A DNA stretch of 64,000 nt from Octopus vulgaris (taxonomy: Eukaryota): assembly GCA_951406725.2 (NCBI GenBank), contig OX597837.1, positions 35,588,001-35,652,000 on the forward strand. The letters are read 5' to 3'. The stretch's first letter is position 1, and every line of letters begins with the position of its first letter. Below the pieces are notes generated by a model. That model was not told where the DNA came from, made no database searches, and was given only the letters and a program-made list of their open reading frames with translations. Shown in pieces: positions 27,962 through 41,105 of the stretch. The translations under genes and the position numbers were made by a program.

Positions 27962-28679
27962 AACACACACATACACACAAGATTATGCTGGTGCACTGCC
28001 CTAAAGGGTTTAGTCGACCAAATTGCCCCCAGTACTTATATCATTAAAGTCTGGTTTCTCTTTTACTGAACTGCTGAGTTAAGAGGATGTAAACAAACCA
28101 ACACCGGTTGTCAAGTGGAGAGGAGCCTGCACAAAGACACATGCACACACGACTGGCTTCCATCTTCCAAATTTATTCACAAGGCATTGATGGGTCTGGG
28201 TTTACATAGATCTGATCTTTTATTCTGTTCCTTGTTCCAGTCATATGACTGTGGCCATGCTGGAGCACTGCCCTGAACGGTTTTTGTTGAACAAATCGAC
28301 CCCAGGATTTATTTATCCTTTTTAAGCCTAGTACTTATTCTATTTGTCTTTTTTGCTGAACCACTAGGTTACGGGGATGTAAACACACCAACACTGGTTG
28401 TCAAGTGGTCATCAGGGGACAAACACACACACACGCACACATATACCGTCTAACCTATGCCAGCATGGAAAGCGGACGTTAAACAATGATGATGATATGA
28501 CAGGCTTCTTTCAGTCTCCATCTACCAAATCCACTCACAAGGCTTTGGTCGGCCCAAGGCTATAGTAGAAGACACTTGGCCAAGATGCTACGCAGTGGAA
28601 CTGAACCCGGAACCATGTGGTTGGGAAGTAGGCGTCTTACCATACAACCATGCCTGCACCTATAAATACATTAATATAT

Positions 28680-28842
28680 AGGTGCAGGAGTGGCTGTGTG
28701 GTAAGTAGCTTGCTAACCAACGACATGGTTCCGGGTTCAGTCCCACTGCGTGGCATCTTGGGCAAGTGTCTGCTATAGCCTCGGGCCAACCAAAGCCTTG
28801 TGAGTGGATTTGGTAGACGGAAACTGAAAGAAGTCTGTCGTA

Positions 28843-28895
<53 letters not shown>

Positions 28896-29115
28896 GTATG
28901 TGTGTGTATATGTTTGTGTGTCTGTGTTTGTCCCTCTAGCATTGCTTGACAACCGATGCTGGTGTGTTTACGTCCCCGTCACTTAGCAGTTCGGCAAAAG
29001 AGACCGATAGAATAAGTACTGGGCTTACAAAGAATAAGTCCCGGGGTCGATCTGCTCGACCAAAGGCGGTGCTCCAGCATGGCCGCAGTCGAATGGCTGA
29101 AACAAGTAAAAGAGT
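28680..29115 (+). mobile_element. SINE family A (head-to-head with a - copy at ~28220-28660)
   Basis: Same structure. Confidence 0.85.
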
Positions 29116-29402
29116 ATATACATACATGTATGCACGTACTTGTGTATAATACAGTTCGTACAGGCAGGAGGAATAGAAACCAATATAGAAAATGCATTTA
29201 CTATTTTACTATCATATTAATTGTTGCGAAGCTACCTCAGTGACTCGGGGTCTGGAGTTTTGTGACAGAACACTTGTCATGTCCTGAAATTCTAGGCCTT
29301 TGTGCTACCGACGTGGCTTCTTGATGAAATGTGCTTTTGGGTGTGTGTTCAGTCTGTTTTAGGTATTAAGTTTGTACATGTGTATTTTGAGTGTGTCTCC
29401 TG

Positions 29403-29450
<48 letters not shown>

Positions 29451-29656
29451 GCGGAAGTCTCCAAAATATAGCGTGAAGTATGTATATTTACTTGGTTATT
29501 AATGTATGCATGTGTGTGTATATGTATATATATACACTCTATACATGTATATATAATACATGTTTCATATATATATATATATATAGTAATAATATGTTAA
29601 ATATATATATATATATATATATATACATACATGCATATATATATAGTACACGTTAA

Positions 29657-29687
<31 letters not shown>

Positions 29688-30612
29688 CATGCATATATAT
29701 ATAGTACACGTTAAATATATATATAGTACACATGTTAAATATATATATATATGTGCATATATATATATATTGTTTGTCTCTATATGCATGCATATTATAT
29801 GTTTATATGTTTGTGTTTATGTATGTTTAGAGGGTGTGCCAGACAACCAAGTAGAAAACCATACACAAGAAAATATAAAAACAACAAAAAAAAGCCCAAC
29901 CCACTCCCAGATAAAAGACACAGACTGAACCTAACCCAACGCATGGAAGAAACAAGCCATTGAATGAAACCACTCTCAGCCCCTATGTTGGCCCCAGTGC
30001 GACCACGGAAGTAACTTCATGCCAGGATCAATAAAGCCCCTCCTATGCTGCACACCATGGTTACGATGGTAGCCCTCAAGGTATTCTTGGCTAAAGTTGA
30101 TGGTTGTTTGACCCTTGCCACAATGATACCTTGGGTATCACGAGAGGGTTCAAATCAAAAGCTAGCAGACCACAACCCCGTGATATTATGGGTCGCATGA
30201 TCACATGGTTGTCATGTCTTGTTGGGGACATAAAATGCCCTTTCTTGTCATGTAAGGCTTTCATCTGGTGCCTTCATACATTGCACACCCTATAGTGGAT
30301 TCTGTCACCTTGAGCAGCTTAGTATACATATGTATATGTATATATATATATACAATGTGACCTCGTGTGTACCATTGGCGATTTTTTTCCCTCTGTCTTC
30401 CCTTCTCCTATGTTTCCGCCGAAGAGCTCCGCTCAAAACGTTAAACCCTCCTTCTTCCCTGAGCGTTCAATAATACTATATTTGTTCCACGTCTTTGCGT
30501 TGTTGTGTTTTTTTGTGTTTTCTTGTTTGGATTAACTATATATATATCAGACGCCATGATAGATCGTTAGCCACTACACACATTTTTTTCTCTCCTTGTT
30601 TTTTCTGTGTCT

Positions 30613-30648
30613 CTTTCTGTAGAAGAGCGTAGGCTCGAAACGTAAAAG
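30613..30648 (+). ncRNA. Minimal hammerhead-like motif (family 4, CUGUAGA core)
   Basis: cttt-CTGTAGA-a-gagc-gtag-gctc-GAAA-cg-TA-aaag; related copies at 57310-57347 (+) and 57145-57180 (-). A6 is non-canonical. Confidence 0.45.
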
Positions 30649-30738
30649 GCTTTTTCTATTCCTGAGCGTTATACTAATACATCTGTTTGTTTTGTACACC
30701 ACCTGTCTTCGTCTTTTGTTTTTTTCGTAAACTCTCCC

Positions 30739-30774
<36 letters not shown>

Positions 30775-32169
30775 CATGTATACACGTCTGTCTGTCTATC
30801 TATCTATCTATCTTCATACAATATCTGTATGTAGACATACATACATCCACAAGCAGATATATATATGCATATGTGTGTGTGTGTTAATTGTTTTTATGTC
30901 GAGTAATATATCCTTTCTGTTAAAGGCACAAGGCCTGAAATTTTTGGGGAGGGGACTAAGTCGATTACATTGGCCCCAGTGTTTCGCTGGTACTTGTTTT
31001 ATTGACCCCAAAAGGCTGAAAGGCAAAGTCAACCTACGCGGAATTTCAACTCAGAACGTAGCAGCAGTTGAAATGTTGCTAAGCATTTCTCCTGGTCTGC
31101 TAACGATTCTGCCAGCTCACTGCCTTATGTCAAGCAATATATCAAAAACCAATTTAACATTAAACTGAAGAATTATTCAATACATTTTTGCAAAATGTAT
31201 GTTTATTAAACTTATACAAGAAGCGGGGTGACCGTGACCTTGAAGTTTTGGCCTACTAGCCTTCAGTGGACTGTGTGTGTGTGTGTGTGTTTATATATAT
31301 AGAGTGAGAGAGACACACACAGATATATATATTGTTGTGGAATTCCATTGGTTACGGCAATGAGGGTTCCAGTTGATCCAATCAACGGAACAGCCTGCTT
31401 GTGAAATTAATGTGCAAGTGGCTGAGCACTCCACAGACACGTGTATCCCTGAACGTAGTTCTTGGGGAGATTCAGCGTGACACAAAGTGTGACAAGGCTG
31501 GCCCCTTCGAAATACAGGTACAACAGAAACAGGAAGAAAGAGTGAGAGAAATTTGCAGTGGAAGAGTACAACAGGGTTTGCCACCCCCACCCTGCCGGAG
31601 CCTCGTGGAGATTTAGGTGTTTCTGCTCAATAAACACTCACAATGCCTGGTCTGGGAATTGAAATTGTGATCCTATGGCCGTGAGTCTGCTGCCCTAACC
31701 ACTTGGCCATTGCGCCTCCACTATACACACACACAATATGATAGTGCACAATCATGGGGTAGAGAGTTCGATTCCCGAACTGGGCTGTGTGTTGTATTCT
31801 TGAGCAAGACACTTTATTCCACATTGCTCCATTTCCCTCAGCTGTAGAAATGAATTGTGGCATCATTGGTGCCCAGCTGTATCGGCCCCTTTGCCTTTCC
31901 CTTGGACAACATCAGTGGCATCAAGAAGGGAGGCTGGTATGCATGGGTGATTATTGGTCTTCCATAAAAATAATCTTGCCCAGACTTGTGCCTTGGAGGG
32001 GAACTTTCGAGGTGCAAGCCCATGGTCATTCATGACCGAAGGGGGTCTTTACTTTTACATTATAAGACCATGTTATTTTGAATGCATCACTTCCTTTCTG
32101 ATGGGTAAACTTTAGCAACCTCAGACTTCATCATCATCTTCTTCCATGTTTGCATGGGTCAGATGCACT

Positions 32170-32720
32170 AGTGTAGCTGGGGTGGGGCAGTAGGGGCAGT
32201 CTGCCTCGGGTGGCACTTTTGGGTCTGCTGCCGGCAATGTTTTTTTCTTTTTTAGGTCCAGGGGCGGCAAACAGAAAGGCCACCCCAGGTGGAATTTACT
32301 CTAGCTACACTTGTGGTTAAAGTATATAGAGGCAAATTTTCTATGACCATATGTCATTCATATATATATATATATATATCTCATAGAGCAGTGATCCACA
32401 ACTGATATTCTGCAGCACACTAGTGTGCCACGAGACAATGCTAGGTGTGCCACGGTGTAACCTGAATATAATTGTTTTCCCTATACATCAACATCATCGT
32501 TTAACGTCCGCTTTCCATGCTAGCATGGGTTGGACGGTTCAGCCGGGGTCTGGAAAGCCAGGAGGCTGCACCAGGCCCAGTCTGATCTGGCAGTGTTTCT
32601 ACAGCTGGATGCCCTTCCTGACACCAATACCCTAGTTATATTTTTAGTTCAAGTGTACCGCCGAATTTTGTAAACAATATAAGTGTACTGCAAGTAGAAA
32701 AAGGTTGCGGGGGCACTGTA
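32170..32720. mobile_element. Two adjacent hAT-like MITE relics
   Basis: agtgtagct..agctacact (~32170-32311); cagtgatccacaac..gttgcgggggcactg (~32389-32718) containing an RTE-tail insert. Confidence 0.45.
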
Positions 32721-33366
32721 GTAGGGTGGTGACCCTTGCTAAGACCCTTTCAAATGCTGGATATGGTGGCCTACTCTGAGAGTGTTGTGCTTCTTCTGTA
32801 GTTGTCTCATAGGAGAAATGGCATTGAAAGTACCATATTTTAACGTGTATAAGGAACCCCTTTTTTGTGAAAAATTAGGTAAAAAAAATATGGGAGTTTC
32901 TTATACATGGATTATAATCCCTTACAAAACCTTTTTTTTCCAAATTTTAAACCCCCAAAATTTTGGGTTCCTTATACATATTAAAATATGGTAATCCTTT
33001 CTGACAAGAATGATATCTCATCTTGGCCAATTAATCATCTTTCTAATCAATTCAATCATAACTCTTTCCATAATTTTTCATGACCTGGTTCAGCTGTTTG
33101 ATATCTCTCTAGGTTTCTCTTGATAATCTAAATCTCCTTTGCCCTTGTAGCAGTTGGTGATGATGGTGCCACTCTGCCAGCCACTTGTTATGGTACCATC
33201 TCAGACTACCTGTTTGGCTATGTGGGTGTCCAGCCTGCGCTTTATCCTACCAGATATTCTAAGCACCTCAGTGGTAATTGCTGATGAACCATCACCAACA
33301 TCATCATCATCATCACCACCATTATCAACAGCATCGTCACAATGTCCACTTTTTCCATGCTTGCAT

Positions 33367-34795
33367 GGTGTCATATTACACAAAATTAGTAGATCGTTAA
33401 TATTCTGTCACATGTCTATAATGGATTTTGCTTTTTTTATGGGACATATTTCATGGACAGTTAGTTACAGCAAACCCCTAGAGGGTTTTTCTCATACCAT
33501 AAAGCCCCTTCTCCTCTTACCCTTTAGTGCCCCACTAACATATCATCATATCCAGTAGTACCCTTGTATTTTAAATGAGGTTTGATAAAAAAAAATATCG
33601 GGACTGTTGCTATGGTAACAGAACTAAAGTACGCTGAGTGAAACCACTTGGGATAGGTTTACCTTGGACTCTGTTGTGCATGCAGATTTTGTGGCAGATT
33701 TTCTACGGCAGATGCCTTCCCTGTCACCAACACTCACCTGTTTCCAAGCAAGCTAATATTTCCACCATGGCCAGACATATTCTCAAAATATTGTAAATGA
33801 ACAACACTGCTTGTATGACAGTGACATTCGTTTACAACTATCAGACAATATCAACACAGGGAGACAAAAACACATACATATATATTTACACCCACCACAC
33901 ACCCATTTATATAAATGTAAGCATATGGATGTGTATATATATGTGTGTGTGTGTGTGTGTATGTATATTTTATACACACACATATATATACTTATACATA
34001 CAGATATGGTTGTGTTGTTAAGAAGCTTGCTTCCCTACCAAGTGATCTAAGTTCAATCCCACTGCATGGCACCTTGGGCAAGTGTTTTCTACTATAGTTC
34101 TGGATCAACCAAAGCCTTGCGAATGGATTTGGTAGACGGAAACTGAAAGAAGCCCATAGTGTGTCTATGTCTGGAGAGTTAGGTGGCCAGATGTTAAGGG
34201 TGATGTGGTCGCAGAAATAATCAGACAGCCATGACCGGGTTCTCCTGCATGTGTGGCATGGTGTAGAGTCCTATTGCCAGACATAGGGTCTTCCAGTGGT
34301 CACCCTCTTCACCCAGGGCAGCACTACCTCTTCCAAGCACTTGATGTCGGCTTCTATGCTGAGTCTGAGGCCGTGTGGGAAGATGAATGGAGACATAACA
34401 TCACCATCACTAGTGATCCCTCCAAACACCATGATGTTGACTGGATGTTTGATTTTTGTCACTCTCAGTGCATGTCCTCAGAATGACACCCAAATACTCT
34501 GAAATGTTCATATTGGAGCTTTTGGCACGAATGCCAAGCAGTACAGCATGTCGTGTCCAAATTTCTAGCAGAGCAAATTGCATCATGGTGCTGTTCTTCT
34601 CACAGATGGTGCCCGACTGACCCTACTATACTGTGTAGTCAACAAAGTCAAGAACAAACAATATGCATGTGCGAAATTAAAATTATAAAATAGCAACACT
34701 TTACACATCACACCCTGTATAGTCGAGAAGTTTGCTTCCAGCCACATGGTTTACCCATCACACCCTGTGGATATATATATACACGTGTGTGTACG

Positions 34796-34826
<31 letters not shown>

Positions 34827-35251
34827 ATACACTTACATACGTGTGTGTATATATACACACACACACACACAATAACTGCTAATGCCCCCTATTGCATTTA
34901 TTATGAACCAATTACTGCTACACTTAACATTTAAGAGGTGTCATATTACATAAAATTAGTAGATCGTTAATATTCTGTCACATGTCTATAATGGATTTTG
35001 CTTTTTTATGGGACATATTTCATGGACAGTTAGTTACAGCAAACCCTTAGAGGGTTTTTCTCATACCATGAATCCCTTCTCCTCTTAGCCTATAGTGCCC
35101 CACTAACATATCATCATATCCAGTAGTACCCTTGTATTTTATATGAGGTTTGATAAAAAAAATATTGGGACTGTTGCTATGGTAACAGAACTAAAGTACG
35201 CTGAGTGAAACCACTTGGGATAGGTTTACCTTGGACTCTGTTGTGCATGCA
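33367..35251. repeat. Direct duplication of ~320 bp (33367-33685 and 34937-35251)
   Basis: ggtgtcatattaca..ctctgttgtgcatgca repeated 1570 bp apart with few differences. Confidence 0.85.
34170..34720 (-). pseudogene. Tc1/mariner-superfamily transposase relic
   Basis: KHPVNIMVFGGITSDGDVM..YVWQ*DSTPCH..IWPPNSPD; terminal cacaccctgta. Confidence 0.75.
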
Positions 35252-36517
35252 CAATGAGTTATAATGTTTTTGCAGACTTCTGTTGTTTGTAGCAGAGTTT
35301 GGTGGTAAAGTGTGTAGAGTGTGGTGGTCTCAAAAGGAAGGTCGGGTTTCCGCTGCCCAGCAGGATCTCCTTGATTGTGTCGAGGAAGATGGAAATTTTT
35401 TGGAAACTGTTATATAGGTGTAGGAGTGGCTGTGTGGTAAGTAGCTTGCTTACAAACCACATGGTTCCGGGTTCAGTCCCTCTGTGTGGCACCTTGGGCA
35501 AGTGTCTTCTGCTATAGCCTCGGGCCGACCAGAGCCTTGTGAGTTGGATTTGGTAGACGGAAACTGAAAGAAGCCTGTCGTATATATGTATGTATGTGTG
35601 TGTGTCTGTGTTTGTCCCCCAAGCATTGCTTGACAACCGATGCTGGTGTGTTTACGTTCCCGTAACTTAGCGGTTTGGGAAAGAGACCGATAGAATAAGT
35701 ACTAGGCTTACAAAGAATAAGTCCTGGGGTCGATTTGCTCCAGCATGGCCACAGTCACATGACTGAAACAAGTAAAAGAGAGAGAGTATATCATCAACAT
35801 TCTCATCATTGAACGTCCTCCTTCCATGCTGGCATGGATGAGATGGTTTGACAGGAGCTGGCAAGCCAGAGGGCTGCACCAAGCTTCACTGTCTGTTTTA
35901 GCATGAGGTTCTATGGCTGGATACCCTTCCTAACACCAACCACCACTTTACAGAGTGGACCGAGTATTTTTTTATATAAAAGAGTATAACAGGTGACGAA
36001 TCATGGATCTATGGCTATGATCTGGAAACCAAGGCTTGAAGGGAACAAGATTTCATGACGTTGAGGAAATCCAAGGGAACGTGGCAAGTCAACTGCTCAC
36101 TGTCCCCAAAAAGGACTTCCAGGAATGCTTCCATCAATGGTTGCTGGATAAAATCTGTAACTTCAGGCAGGGAATACCATAAAGAGCATTTAATGCTGAA
36201 TTGGTATGTGTTGTGGTATTTTTCCTTTTGTGCCGGTGGCATGTAAAAAGCACCATCCGATCGTGGCCGTTTGTCCGCCTCGTCTGGCACTTGTGCCAGT
36301 GGCATGTAAAAAGCACCCACTACACTCATGGAGTGGTTGGCGTTCGGAAGGGCATCCAGCTGTAGAAACATTGCCAGATCAGACTGGGCCTGGTGCATCC
36401 TTCTGGCTTCCCAGACCCCAGTTGAACCGTCCAACCCATGCCAGCATGGAAAGCGGACACTAAACGATGTTGACGATGATAGCACCATTCCTGATACTTT
36501 TTGATCTGACATCATAC
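35142..36517 (+). mobile_element. Mariner relic with degenerate TIRs, split by SINE insertions
   Basis: tatgaggtttgataaaaa.. / ..gatactttttgatctgacatcata; C-terminal DVEEIQGNV..KDFQECFHQW at ~36050-36140. Confidence 0.5.
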
Positions 36518-36824
36518 TATCACATGATAGTATAGTGTTTATTATCTGTCATAGCAAATCTTCTGATTTCATGCTGCCTTGGTTATACCACACCTGAGTC
36601 GATATTGTGATATTTCACAAACGTCTTATTTTACCACCTTCTAGCGTATCATCTGTTGGTAATATCCCACACCATCTGGGTTCTTTCCCAAATACTGTAG
36701 ACTGCCTGGAGTGTCTCTCTTATATCAACTTAAGCGTTGTAAGAAATTTAAGACAGAAGCATGAAACAGAATCAGCAATGTGTGCAAGTGTGTGTATGTA
36801 TGTCTGAATGTATATCTATATCTA

Positions 36825-36870
<46 letters not shown>

Positions 36871-36936
36871 CCTATCAATTTTTCTATCTATCTATCTACC
36901 TATCTATATTGGAAAGCGGATGCTAAATGATGATGA

Positions 36937-36976
<40 letters not shown>

Positions 36977-37293
36977 GGTGTATGCACATAAATGTGAAAC
37001 AAGGTGGAAAAAAGAGTACTCAAATACCAGAGGTAGAGTAATATGCTTTATTTAAAAAAAGCAGAAATATAACAGCTTTTGTTATATTTCTGCTGCTTTT
37101 AAATAAAGTATATATATATATATATACATACATACACATACATTATATTATATTATATATAAATAAAAAATCAATAATAAAAGATGAAATCAAGTATAAA
37201 AGTGCAATGGATGTTCATAATTTTTTTGTGCTGACTGTCAAAGAAGGGAAAAAAGTTATAAAGCGTGAGTTATACAATGAATGTACAATTTTA

Positions 37294-37336
<43 letters not shown>

Positions 37337-37519
37337 ATATGTGTGTGCGTGGGGGGGGGGTGATTTAAAAGTGTGCTAGAAGACACAGCACATTTGCTGC
37401 TAATAACGAGGAAACATGCCAAATGTTCTGCACCAATTGGCTGGCGGAAAACGCTTGTTGGAACTCGTGTATTTTACATAAAGTTTAAAAATATCAGTTA
37501 GGTTTCCTGCAGTTCACAT

Positions 37520-37563
<44 letters not shown>

Positions 37564-37814
37564 CTTTACTACCCACAAGGGGCTAAACACAGAGGGGACA
37601 AACAAAGACAGACAAACGGATTAAGTCGATTACATCGACCCCAGTGCATAACTGGTACTTAAATTATCGACCCCGAAAAGATGAAAGGCAAAGTCGACCT
37701 CGGCGGAATTTGAACTCAGAATGTAACGGCAGACGAAATACGGCTACGCATTTTGGCCGGTGCGCTAACGATTCTGCCAGCTCGCCGCCCTATATATGTA
37801 TATATATATATTTA

Positions 37815-39140
37815 AGTGAAGGTGCATGGCTTAGTGGTTAGGGTGTTGGACTCATGACTGTAAGATTGTGGTTTCAATTCCTGGACCAGGCAATGTCTTG
37901 TGTTCTTGAGCAAAACACTTCATTTCACATTGTTCCAGTCCACCCAGGTGGCAAAAATGAGTAATCCTTTGATGGACCAGCGTCCCATCCAGGTGGGGAA
38001 TATATATATATATATATATCCACAAAACCGGGAAACTGGCCCTTATAAGTCAGTATGACTCAAGAAGGTAACTTTACCTCTATGCTCTGTGGTGAGTGGT
38101 TAGAGCATCGGGCTTGCAGTCATGTGGTAGTGAGCTCGATTCCCGGACCGGGCTGTGTGTTGTGTTCTTGAGCAAGACACTTTATTTCACATTGCTCCAG
38201 TTCACTCAGCTGTAGAAATGAGTTGCAATGTCACTGGTGCCAAGCTGTATCGGCCCCTTTGCCTTTCCCTTGGATAACCTCAGTGGCATGGAGAGGGGGA
38301 GGCTGGTATGCATGGGCGACTGCTGGTCTTCCATAAACAACCTTATCTGCACTTGTACCTCAGAGGGGAACTTCCTCGGTGCAATCCCATGGTCATGACT
38401 GAAGGGGTCTTTATCCTTTGAAAACACACGCACACATTTAGTGACGGCATGTGGCTTAGTGGTTAGGGGCATTCCGCTCACGATTGTATGGTCACAAGTT
38501 CAATTCCTTGCAGTGCATTGTGTCCTTGAGCAAGACACTTTATTTTCACGTTGCTCCAGTCCACTCAGCAGGCAGAAATGAGTTGTACCTATGATTCAAA
38601 AGGGCCAGCCTTGTCACATTAAGGGTACATGGGTCTGTGGAGTGCTCAGCCACATGAACTCTAAAGAAGTCATGTGGTTACTGCCTTGACATAAGACATG
38701 TCTTAGGCATTTTTCAGACTTAACTGAAACCCTCTTTCTCCAGGCCTGACCACAACCAACTTCTTTCACTAAAAGAGAGAAAGATACAAAGAAGGAAAGA
38801 GAAAAATCAACTCCAGTGCAGAATTGGCCCTTTAATTATTGATTCTTAGAGGCCGAAAAGCAATGTTGACCATGCCAGTATTTGAACTCAGAGCATAGAG
38901 GTAAAATTACCTTCTTGAGTCATACTGACTTATAAGGGCCAGTTTCCCGGTTTTGTGGTATATATATTTCCCACCTGGATGGGATGCCGGTCTGTCAAAG
39001 GATTACTCGTTTTTGTCACCTGGGTGGACTGGAACAATGTGAAATGAAGTGTTTTGCTCAAGAACACAATTTGGAATTGAAACCACAATCTTACAGTCAT
39101 GAGTCCAACACCCTAACCACTAAGACATGTGCCTCCACTA
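37815..39140. mobile_element. Cluster of CORE-like tRNA SINEs (family C) including a close inverted pair
   Basis: tggcttagtggttagg head, cttgagcaagacactt core; 37815-38089 (+) vs 38889-39139 (-). More at ~31330-32050. Confidence 0.7.
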
Positions 39141-39367
39141 GCGGCCCATAACATGTACTGCAAGGCATTCTATCCAATATTCCCACTCAGTGGTGCCTGA
39201 CCGTTCTTTACCTGTGCCGATATATATATGTGTGTGGTAAGTAGCTTGCTTCCCAACCACATGGTTTGAGGTTCAGTCCCACTGCATAGCAGCTTGGTCA
39301 AGTGTCTTCTGCAATAGCCTTGGGCTTTGTGAGTGGATTTGGTAGAGGGAAACTGAAAGAAGCCCAT

Positions 39368-39422
<55 letters not shown>

Positions 39423-39837
39423 GTGTGCATGTGTGTGTTTGTGTCTGTCAGAGTTTGTCTACCCCCACCATTGCTTGACAACTGATGTTGGTGTGTTTAC
39501 ATCTCTGTAACTTAGCAGTTTGGCAAAAGAGCCCCAAAGAATAAGTCCTGGGGTTGATTTGTTCAACTCAAGACAGTGCACCAGCATGGCCGCAATCAAA
39601 TGACTGAAACAGGTAAAAGAATAAAAGACTATATACAAACATGAGTAAGCACATAAACGCAAAAAAAGGTAGAAGAAAACAGTACTCAATTACTGAAGGT
39701 AGAGCAATATGCTTTCCATGCTGGCATGGGTTGGACAGTATGACATGGAGTTGGCTAGAGGGAGCTAGCTATCCAGAATCCAAATGTTTGCTGTGGCATT
39801 GTTTCTACTGTTGGGTGCCCTTCCTAATGCCAACCAC

Positions 39838-39868
<31 letters not shown>

Positions 39869-39925
39869 TTATAAAAGAAGTTTGAAAACGCGACTATATA
39901 ATATAGATTTTAATTTTCATAGAAA

Positions 39926-39972
39926 TTTTACATGTTTCGGTTCTTCTTGAAAAATCGAACCTTATCAAAAAT
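39926..39972 (-). ncRNA. Hammerhead ribozyme motif with U3-A8 core (family 2, inverted copy)
   Basis: Reverse complement attt-TTGATAA-ggttc-gatttttcaagaa-gaacc-GAAA-catg-TA-aaat; core and stems identical to the other copy, loop II differs. Confidence 0.65.
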
Positions 39973-40138
39973 ATTTTAAAAAGTTAAGTGTAATAAAAAA
40001 AGTTCATAATTGAGGCCCCAACTTTAGTCAACACATAAGACAGCTATTATGCTTCCTCCCAACAAAAAAACCACCACGTGGATTCTGTTGAGACTAGTAA
40101 GAAACAATTATCAACTTTTTTATTACACTTTTTAAAAT

Positions 40139-40186
40139 ATTTTTGATAAGGTTCGTTTTTTCAAATAGAACCGAAACATGTAAAAT
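40139..40186 (+). ncRNA. Hammerhead ribozyme motif with U3-A8 covariant core (family 2)
   Basis: attt-TTGATAA-ggttc[13 nt]gaacc-GAAA-catg-TA-aaat; 5-bp stem II, palindromic stem III ACATGT. Confidence 0.65.
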
Positions 40187-40274
40187 TTCTAAGAAAATTA
40201 AAATTTATCTCATATAGTGGCGTTTTCAAACTTCTTTGTTATAAATATATATCCACTCGTATACCACCTACGCT

Positions 40275-40313
<39 letters not shown>

Positions 40314-40727
40314 ACTATTATTCTCTGTCCTGTCTTTTACTGTTTATATTTTGTACTGTCCTTACTGTCCTGTTTTTGTTACCATTTTTACCCCTCCGCA
40401 AAAAAATCTCAAATTTTATTTAATTTGATTTTCGCGGGAAGGATAGTTTCATTGAAGTCATGTATCGCCTTGACCTTCGAAACATGGAGTAGATGAAATT
40501 AAGGTGACTGAAGAAGGGGAATTTTCCTTGTTTTGTATGTCCTGTACTCTATTTTTTCGTTATTTTAAAAAAAATGTCCATTTCCTTGATTTTGTGTTTA
40601 TGTTTTCGTTTCTCACTGTGTTCGACGTTTTTTGGTGTCCTGTACCCATATATGCATGTATATATACATGTAGGGGTAGGTACGTACATATATGTATGTA
40701 TATATGCATATTATTTATTTATTAATT

Positions 40728-41105
40728 TATGGCACGTAAAAAGCACCATCCGTTCGTGTCCGTTGCCAGCCTCGCCTGGCCCCCGTGCCGGTGGCACGTA
40801 AAAGCACCATCCGTTCGTGGCCGTTTGCCAGCCTGGCCTGGCCCCCGTGCCAGTGGCACGTAAAAAGCACCATCCGTTCGTGGCCGTTTGCCAGCTCCGT
40901 CTGGCACCTGTGCGGGTGGCACGTAAAAAGCACCCACTACACTCACGGAGTGGTTGGCGTTAGGAAGGGCATCCAGCCGTAGAAACACTGCCAGATCAGA
41001 CTGGAGCCTGATGCAGCCTTCCGGCTTCACAGACCCCAGTTGAATCGTCCAACCCATGCTAGCATGGAAAACGGACTCTAAACGATGATGATGATGATGA
41101 TGATA
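40728..41105 (+). mobile_element. RTE-tail-type short element with ~62-bp internal tandem units
   Basis: ggcacgtaaaaagcaccatccgttcgtggccg repeated ~3x then the (GAT)n tail. Related copies ~15505-15780, 27683-27915, 32485-32630, 36230-36480, 42520-42820. Confidence 0.75.

Larger units (their letters stand above)
39874..40237. mobile_element. Inverted-repeat element (~135-bp arms) carrying a hammerhead in each arm
   Basis: Arms ~39874-40012 and ~40105-40237, ~90-bp spacer, (TA)n on both sides. Confidence 0.6.

Noticed and set aside
29220-30330. Possible LTR-like unique segments
   Set aside because: No paired LTR, PBS or TSD identified.
40465-40530. GAAA..CTGAAGA (and CTGATGA at 16065-16071, - strand) as a type II hammerhead
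   Set aside because: Could not build convincing stems I and III by eye; left uncalled.
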